Assembly (NCBI RefSeq): GCF_006345805.1
Contig: NC_043012.1
Coordinates: 56,110,001-56,174,000, forward strand
DNA length: 64,000 nucleotides
Source: Octopus sinensis
Taxonomy: Eukaryota
Direction: 5' to 3'
Within the stretch, counting starts at the first letter, position 1. Every line of letters begins with the position of its first letter. The notes below the pieces were generated by a model, which was not told the origin of the DNA, searched no databases, and saw nothing but the letters and a program-made list of their open reading frames with translations. Both the position numbers and the translations under genes were made by a program. This document shows positions 55,571-64,000 of this stretch, one piece after another.

Positions 55571-56485
55571 TCATTTTGACTTTTGACTTTGTTGTGGTAC
55601 ACTGGATATGAAAAAGAAAAACACAAATTGGCACTTTTTGCATGAAAAGATAAAAATTACTGGCTCATTTCACATGGGAAGTTTAAAAAAAAAGGGAAAA
55701 AAATTAGAAAAAATTTAAATAACTATTGTTTACTTTGATTTATTAATCATACTTGTGTATAATAGAATTATGAATAACACACTTTTCAAAACACTAAAGG
55801 CCCTGACCCTTTTGTTACCATATTTTTATTGAAATACGCTGCTTTTGTTTCGATTAAGTTTGAAAATAATGAAGAATTTAATCAAAAAAATTCTGTCATT
55901 ATTAAGCTGATGTTTGGAACATAAATTGCCATGAAATTTTAAAATAGGAAGTTTGCATAAATAGAACCATCTTAAAAGGTAAAGGCCACATTGAATAAAA
56001 CGGTCTTGGAATCATTATGAATTAAATATGGAGTTGTCTCAGCTGGATACCTTTTGATCTTCTGTGTGGTTGGTCATTGTTAACCTGGAGCTAAACAACA
56101 ACAGCAACTTGGAAGTTCGAAGGAAGGGGCAATTTCCAAAAAAGTTCTTTAATTAGTTTTATCCCTGTTGGTTTTGTATTTTTTGTTGTTATTGTTATTT
56201 TAAATTTATTTAGTACTGTAGCTATTTCTCAGACTTCATAAAGGTACCTCTTGGACAAATCCAATAAGTTAGTGACAGTGCTTAAGTAAGTAAGAGGGAA
56301 CTGAAAATAACCAAAATTTCAGAACTATTGAACTGATGTGTGTATAGGTTACCTAACCAATATTGATTAATGAGTTTGAACAGATGTTATAATACTTGAT
56401 ACAATTTGTCTTCATTGTGCACAGCTAAACTGCATTATGTTTATTGATGCACCAACTTATGAACCACTCATTTATATATATATAA

Positions 56486-56739
56486 GCATAGGAGTGGCTG
56501 TGTGGTAAGTAGATGTGCATGTAAGTGTTTGTGTGTCTGTGTTTGTCCCTCCAACATGGCTTGACAACCAATGCTGGTGTGTTTACGTCCCCGTAACTTA
56601 GCAGTTCGTCAAAAATGACCAATAGAATAAGTACTAGGCTTACAAAGAATAAGTCCTGGGGTCGATTTGCTCGACTAAAGGCAATGCTCCAGCATGGCCA
56701 CAGTCAAATGACTGAAACAAGTAAGAGAGTAAAAGAGTA
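56486..56739 (+). mobile_element. Family A SINE with an internal deletion of the B-box/CORE segment
   Basis: The head ggagtggctgtgtggtaagtag jumps directly to the linker and 3' module. Confidence 0.8.
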
Positions 56740-56978
56740 TTTACTTTATTTCATTTTAAAAATCATTTTCTTGAAGTATTCACCTTGCACTTCTTCATTT
56801 ACCTGCCATTAATCATTATTTGTCTTTAATCATTCACCTCTCTTTGAACAGTGACCAGCTCTTAAGTTTTTACTTATCCTAAACATTTACCTGTCTTCTA
56901 AAGTAGAAGACTGTGCTGCACAGTGGGACTGAAACCAAAACCACACAGCTGCAAAGCAAGCTTCTTAAACACACTATT

Positions 56979-57131
<153 letters not shown>

Positions 57132-57189
57132 TAAGGAATTACCATTTTAGGTCTTTGAAAATTCAGTCTAGCTTCTATAATTAGTTGGT

Positions 57190-57369
57190 AATATACATAC
57201 ATATATACATACATACATTTATATATATATATATACATATATATTTATATATATATATATATATAAAGTAATTTGTCTCGAATTAATATTATACATATAT
57301 ATATATATATACATACATACATATATATTATGTACATATATATATATACATACATATATATTTATATAC

Positions 57370-57400
<31 letters not shown>

Positions 57401-57443
57401 AACATATATATATATACATATATATATATAAACATATATATAT

Positions 57444-57499
<56 letters not shown>

Positions 57500-57540
57500 T
57501 ATAAATATATACATATGTGTGTGTATATGTATATATATAT
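57190..57540. repeat. Compound (TA)/(CATA) low-complexity tract
   Basis: Read directly from the sequence. Confidence 0.9.
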
Positions 57541-57599
57541 GGGGTGGAGTGTACACTTCTAGTTCTGACATTTCAAACGCACTGTTAGTTACATTTCTA

Positions 57600-58330
57600 T
57601 ATTTGGCATTATCAATCAGTCTCCGTCATAAATTGAATCTTCTTTTACAACCACCTATGGGCATAGGTTTCTCCTCACCAAAACGTTTCTATAACACCAG
57701 GAGGTAGAGTTGGTGTACTGTCACAGCACATTCATTTAGGACTATAAGTAGTAACTAGTAAACGTCCTGCTGTGTGTAACTTAGTGAGCCATAAGTTGTT
57801 TATAATTAGAAAAATAATATTCCCCAGTGTTTTTTACATAGGTTAGGTGGTCTGTCTGTTTTGATAGAAATAGGGAGAAATAGGGATTTTGATAGAAATA
57901 GGGAGGGCAGAGAATTGTGAGTATGGAAGTTGTGTTTTTCCCGTTATTTGTGTTTATGCATTCTATGTTGACTTATATTATCTATATATTGTAAGTTCTC
58001 GATAAACACAGGATCTTGACCCAGTTTTAACTAAATGTTTGGATCTTTTCACATCATTTATATTTATTAATACACATCACCTACTTTCTTTTGCTTCTCA
58101 CAACGCAAAAGATTCCATTTATAATTAAGGCAATATTTGTTTAGGTAATGATATATGACAAGCATATGGTTTGATGTTATTAAGTTCTTGTTGAACAGAA
58201 TCTATGGTTGGAATCACTTCACTTCCTGTATTAATTGTTTAGTTAACCCTTCCATAAACCTCAAGAGCAGCTTCAACCCATTCTGTGATTATATTCTCTA
58301 ATAAAATATATTGCTTACGTATTTCAAATG
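57600..58330 (-). mobile_element. Highly decayed Penelope-like RT N-terminal fragment
   Basis: ITEWVEAALEVYGRV...NIALI...LWLTKLH-like remnants with many stops. Confidence 0.35.
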
Positions 58331-58535
58331 ATTTTCGATAATAATCAAGGTATACCAATTACCAGGGTCATTAAGAAGTTTATTTCCCAACCACGCGGTT
58401 TCAGGGTCAATCTCACTGTATGACACCTTGAGCAAGTCTCTTCTACAATTGATCGAGGCCAACCAAAGCCTTGTGAGTGGATCTGATAGACAGAAATTGA
58501 AAAAAAGCCATTGTGTGTGTGTGTATGTATGTATG

Positions 58536-58572
<37 letters not shown>

Positions 58573-59688
58573 TCCCCCAGCTACAACAGTGATGGTTCCA
58601 GTTAATCCGATCAGCAGAACAGCCTGCTCATGAAATTAACATGCAAATGGTTGAGCACTCCACATGCACATGTACCCTTCACATACTTCTTAGAGAGAAT
58701 TCAGTATGACACAGAATGTGACAAGGCTGCCCTTTTGAAATACAGGTACAACTTACCAGTTGAGAGGACTGGAGCAACGTGAAATAAAGTGTCTTGCTCA
58801 AAGACATAATGCACCACCAGGATTTGAACTCATGGCATTATGAGTGAAATACCCTAACCACTAAACCGCATGCCCTCACATACAATGTGTGTTTGTGTGT
58901 GTGTGTGTGTGAAGGTGCATGGTTTAGGGGTTAAGGTATTGCACTTAAGATTGCGAGATCGTGGGCTCAATTCACAGACTGGGTGTTGCGTTGTGTTCTT
59001 GAGAAAGGCACTTCATTTCACGTTGCTCTGCGATCATTTCGACATCTGACATGTGGCACCCGTTGCACCTGTACAGGTAATGTCGATCTGATGGAGGGTG
59101 TGAGCTTATGCCAACACAAACATTTGATCGCTATAAACAAATTATATGTGTGGTTGTTCGGTAAGAAACTGTCAAACCCTCATCCGTCATTTAACAACAG
59201 GAGAGTCCATTATATATATATATTGTATGTGTGAGTTGATTATTTATATATTTATAGAGAGAGAGAAAGAAAGAGAGATATTTGTGTCTCTTTATCTTGA
59301 CAACATGACAGTTGTAACAGAGTGTGTCACTTTCAATCAATTGATTCTTCTTCACTTCAGTGCAGTTAAATAAGTACGATGATAGGTTAAGATGGACGGC
59401 ACCTCTCACTTACAATGTCTTCTTTATATTCTGGGAAGAAAACAAAAGCCTACTTTCACCATTATAAACTGATGACATGGGTGGACTGAATTTGTAAAAA
59501 AGAGTGGTTGTGCCAACTATGGAACAAAAGTGAAGACATAATCAGAATTATTATTAACACTGCGAATGAAGCTTGAATGTTACACTTTCAACAACTATGA
59601 AAGGAAATTGACAACATAATCTTTCACCTAATTAAACAATGTTATGAAGATCTACAAATTTATACATCAATATAAAAATAACATATAT

Positions 59689-59981
59689 ATATCACCATGA
59701 CCGACTAGGCTATCAGATGTTGCTACACATCGCTGGTCACAATGCGCTTCGCATTGTTTTAGCCTTCAAATGACACCACACCGCTGGCTAAGCGGGCAGG
59801 CCAACAGAAGAAAGAGTGAGAGAAAGTTGTGGCGAAAGAGTACAGCAGGGTTCACCACCACTACCCTGCCGGAGCTTCATGGAGCTTTAGGTGTTTTCAC
59901 TCAATAAACACTCACAACGCCCTATCTGGGAATCCTACGACCGCGAGTCCGCTGCCCTAACCACTGGGCCATTGCGCCTCC
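59689..59981 (-). mobile_element. Young, CpG-rich tRNA-Arg-like SINE (family G)
   Basis: Minus strand GGCGCAATGGCCCAGTGGTTAGGGCAGCGGACTCGCGG is a tRNA-like 5' half (TCG in the anticodon position), with a deletion through the B-box region. Confidence 0.7.
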
Positions 59982-60089
59982 ATATATAACATGGAATTTC
60001 CATGAGTCCTGCTTGTGTAGTATTACTACTGTTACAGCATTCCTTCAAGACACAAAACACATTACCAAAAAAACCGACTGAATGGGAGG

Positions 60090-61110
60090 AACTAAAGAAC
60101 ATAAAGCAAGTAAATTCAAAGACCTAGTTTTTCGCAATCGTTTTCCATTTTTGCTATCCTCTGAAGTTGATAGTTTTCATTCTGTTGATCTATTTATGGT
60201 GTCTCTGGCATTTTACGAGTCCAATTTTGGCACTGAAAGTTCTTTCTCATTTAGGACAAGTATTTCCAGATGGCTAGTCAAGCCTTGGTTGTTATTTTTT
60301 TTCTTTCTCTTTTCTTCCTGCTCTGCTCATCTGTTACTTCAAAAGTTATTCTTCCGTCTTCAATATTGGTTCACTAAAGTTTCCCATCGTCGGCATTGGT
60401 TCCCCAGTTGTTGATGTCAATGGTGATTTTTTTAAGATGTCTTTCAATCTCTTCTGTTCTCTGCTTCCGTTACAGTAGCCTTCTCTAAGCAGGAAATAAA
60501 CCTTTTGTTTAACCCTTTGGCATTTAAACTGATCATATCCATCCAAAATATTCTATTTGTTTTATGTTCAAACTGGCCAGATCCAGTCTCTAACACCTAC
60601 CCTACAATGTCAATCTCAAAATATACAATCAACATTATTTGAAAATTCAAGGCTGTGAGATAATGCATGATTAATTCAAGCAATGTGAATAAAATAGCAT
60701 GAGATTTGGGAGAGTAATCTGAACACTAAAAGAGTAAGCAGATGTTCACCTTGCATCTGAACATGACCCCTAGTTTTTATTGTTTTTTTTTCCTTTTCTT
60801 TTTTTTTTCTTAATGTTGAAGGCCCCAATGTTTGATTCTTGCTTCTTTCAACTGTCTTCCCAACTTGGATATTAGGTGTTTTGAAGATAAAGTTGATGGA
60901 ATTTTTGAAGTACCTTTAGATGTCCGGGTTTGCAATATATATGTTCAAGAGAGCTGGAATCACCTCTACACTGTAAACTAATATTTTGGTGTCTGTTCCA
61001 ATATCATAATCATGTAATGTAAACTTCAGGTTGCATTCCCTAGAACACATGATACTTCTCAGGTCAACAAACTAAATTCACTTGTAAATACGGTAACTGG
61101 AGTTGTTGGG
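60090..61110 (-). mobile_element. Decayed RTE/BovB-like LINE ORF2 3' end, interrupted by a TTAA MITE
   Basis: Successive fragments read TKILVYSVEVIPALL; HLKVLQKFHQLYL..SWED; LREGYCNGSREQKRLKDILKKS; IDINNWGTNADD; KKRERKK; TCPK*ERTFSAKIGLVKCQRHHK*. These match the RTE C-terminal pattern recalled from memory. Confidence 0.78.
60509..60737 (-). mobile_element. piggyBac-type MITE copy inserted in the RTE LINE
   Basis: Starts TTAACCCTTTGGCATT, and the right end is degenerate (AAGAGTAA). Confidence 0.72.
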
Positions 61111-61705
61111 TTTGTTGCAGCCTTTGTTTACCTTCATAACCATTGTATTCAAGTTAACTTGCAAAACTCCCTCTTTTTGTCCCTCAATATGACACACCAC
61201 TCAGCTGAGGGGTCTTGCAAGTTATTTGGTGACCTCACTGCTGCTAGTACCATGTAAAAAGCATCCAATACACTCTGTAAAGTGGTTGGCATTATGAAGG
61301 GCACCTAGCCATAGAAATCATGCCAAAGCAGACAGTAGAACTTGGTGCAGTCTTCTGACTTACCAGTTCCTGCTGAACTACCCAACCCATGCCAGCATGG
61401 AAAACAGACTTTAAATGATGATGATGATGATTAGTCTATCCGATCTCTTGGTGCAGTCTTGTAAATTGTAAGTTGGACTTTTAAGAGTGGCCCTACCAGA
61501 AATTAATATCTATCCACTTCTCTTTTGGAATCACAGAGTTATGTAGCCTCACTAATCTCAACAAAGAAGATGAAGAGGGAATCTCTTCAAGAAACAAAAC
61601 AGAACTCACTTAAAAGCTCAAAATGAAATGAAAGAGCTTAGAACAATAACAAAATCAAGGAAAATTTGGAGGGAATTAACAAATGTTATTACTAGGAATG
61701 TGTGT

Positions 61706-61950
61706 GGAGGCTTAGTGGTTAGAGTGTCAGTATCATGATCGTAAGATTGTGGTTTTGATTCCTGAACCAGGCAGCATATTGTGTTCTTGAGCAAAACATT
61801 TCATTTCACATTGCTTCACTCCACTCAGCTGGCAAAAATGAGTAACGCTGCGATGGACTGGCGTCCTGTCCAGCTGGGGAGCACATACACCATTGAAACC
61901 TGGAAACCGGGCCCATGAGCCTGGCTAGGCTTTAAAATGGCGCATTTATT
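61706..61950 (+). mobile_element. Family F tRNA-head SINE
   Basis: ggcttagtggttagagt..gattcctg..gtgttcttgagcaaaac..cactcagctgg. The same head with different tails occurs at about 19915-20210(-), 30435-30715(+), 55096-55444(-; TSD ATAATGACAAA at 55085-55095 and 55445-55455), 58570-58880(-) and 58911-59210(+). Confidence 0.78.
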
Positions 61951-62165
61951 TTTTTTTAATAACTAGGAATGTAGTGTAAATGAATCCAAAGACCCAGTTT
62001 TTGACAATATAACATTGCCAATATGAAATTATGACAAGCTATTATATTATACCAATGACCTAGTCTCTTATTTACCTAATAACAAAGAATGTAAAAGACA
62101 TTTAATGTCGTATAGAAATGATCTTTTTTGCTTTCAAAATAACATATTTTCTTAATTTTTTGCAG

Positions 62166-62204
62166 CTTGTATATCCAGGACATGTGAAATTAACAGAGAA
62201 AGAG
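62166..62204 (+). CDS. DENND6: DENND6 second coding exon (39 nt, LVYPGHVKLTEKE)
   Basis: T-rich acceptor ttttttgcag| and donor GAG|GTAAGC, phase 0 to 0. The peptide continues exon 1 exactly as in the vertebrate sequence recalled from memory (VIYPQHSKLTDRE). I found no third exon before 64000. Confidence 0.9.
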
Positions 62205-62902
62205 GTAAGCTTTAGTTATTTCCTTCTTTTGGCTTTATTGTTAGTTGAATGTCATCATAGTTAAAAATGTGTAAAGACATGCAGTATGAATTGTCATTCA
62301 TGCTGTAGGCACTTTTGTATCTGTTTATGTGTATATGAGAAAACTACTTCAAATATTTTATTATGGCCCCGATTCACAGAACACTTGTTAATTTTGTGTT
62401 GAATTTATTACTTGCAACAGATATGGGTACCCTTTCTGGGGACAGCAGGTCACATTTAAGTATATACTCATAACTTGAGTATACTCTGTAAAGTGGTTTG
62501 CGTGAGGAACAGCATCCGGCTGTAGAAACCAAGCCAAAACTGACTAAGGAACCCTGTGCAGCCCCTGGCTTTGTCAGTTCCTGTCAATCCATCTAACCTA
62601 TACCAGCATGGAAAACAGTCATTAAATGATGATGATGGTAATTGATCTACGCTATTAACGTAAAAGTGATTAGTGACATTTCATCTGACTTATTACAGCC
62701 TGAGTTTAAATTTCACTGAAGTTTACTTAACCTTTTATGCTTTCAGTTGATAAAATAAGTACCAGTCAAGTACTGGGGTTAATAAAACTGGCTACCCCCC
62801 CCCCACTAAAATTACTGGTTTTGTGCCAACATTTGGAATTATCAATTTGGGCCTTTAAAAGACCTCTTCATCATCATCATCATCATTATTATTATTATTA
62901 TT

Positions 62903-63460
62903 GAGTGAGAGAGCAGTGCATGCCATCAAAATGACACTGGGGTACAAATAAACAAAGCCCAATATACCCATCATGACTATGTGTCTGATAAGGGTACACC
63001 AGGCATATGCATCACAACCACATGTGCATGACATGGTGATCTCATATCAAGATAACTGTGCATGACCTTGCAGGAGGGGCCCAATTAGAATTTTCTTCAG
63101 GTTGAGTGACCCATTCCACTCAAAAGGTCTCTGAATAAGGGTTGTTTAAAGATGTTGAACATAACACCCATTTTTCTGGAGGTGAATTATCCAAACCCCA
63201 AAGAATTCCTTGCAACACATGGCTATGATGTTCCCCTACTATTTCTACTCGTGATCAGAGATGCACATATCGTCAGCCACTAAAGGACATGCTCAACTGG
63301 TTAAGGTAAAAAAAACCTGACAAGCAAATCATTGGTATTGAGCAGAATATTAGCTGTAGCCCATCTTTTATACCAAGACAAAACAGTGTACATGATAACA
63401 CTTCCAATCAGTTAAGATAAGAAGCCATGAGAGCCACTGCCTGGTAATGCATCAGGGCAT
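62903..63460 (-). mobile_element. ~560-bp element (family H) embedded in an (ATT)n microsatellite
   Basis: Complex non-coding sequence bounded on both sides by (ATT)n/(ATC)n tracts, with no TIR seen. The orientation is inferred from the AAT-type tail. Confidence 0.55.
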
Positions 63461-64000
63461 TTATTGTTATTATTATCATTATTATTATTATTATTGTTAT
63501 TATTATTATTAAGGTTGTGAGCTAGCAGAATTGTTAGCATGCTTGACAAAATGCTTGGTGACAGTTTGTCCATCTTTACATGCTGAGTTCAAATTCCGTT
63601 GAAGTGGACTTTACCTTTCGTCCTTTTGGGGTTGATAAAATAAACATCAGTTGAACACTGGGTCAATGTAATTAACTGTCTTCCTTCCCCAAAACTTTAG
63701 GCCTTGCGCTTATGAAAAAAAAGGATTATTATTATTATTATTATTATATATATATATGATGATGATGAATATAAATAAGACTTTGACAAATCAAGCATCT
63801 GGAACCTGATTTTAATTCAGGTCAGAAATGTGCTTCCTTTATTTTGCTTAATACTCTTTGGAATGAAATGAATGTGCTAATTTACCATAATTTCATTCTC
63901 TTTAAATCTGAGCTGCCATGCCTCTGTAACAAATCATTTATTTATATATTTGATTTATTTATTTATTAATTTTTACAGTGGGGATTTATTATTATTATCA

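Overview
AT-rich, microsatellite- and SINE-dense animal genomic DNA. The repeat families look like coleoid cephalopod, most likely Octopus; this is inferred from SINE recognition, not from a database search. The only gene I can identify with confidence is a DENND6 (FAM116) orthologue on the + strand. Its first coding exon is at 41833-41991, its 39-nt second coding exon is at 62166-62204, and a 20,174-bp intron lies between them. A CpG-retaining domain (about 37-44.5 kb) surrounds its 5' end, and an unidentified minus-strand gene may occupy 1-41 kb. Almost all ORFs in the supplied track are artefacts of SINEs or microsatellites. The rest of the window is a layered mobile-element landscape: at least six SINE-like families with swapped head and tail modules, decayed RTE-type LINE and Penelope-like fragments, TTAA-flanked piggyBac-type MITEs and a Helitron-like element. 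Two observations stand out. (1) A ~190-bp element inserted in microsatellites, present twice, carries a minimal type I hammerhead-ribozyme-like fold with a variant core. (2) Three independent, TSD-flanked SINE dimers within 2.3 kb all share the same nucleotide-exact, self-complementary junction. Family names A-H are my own working labels.
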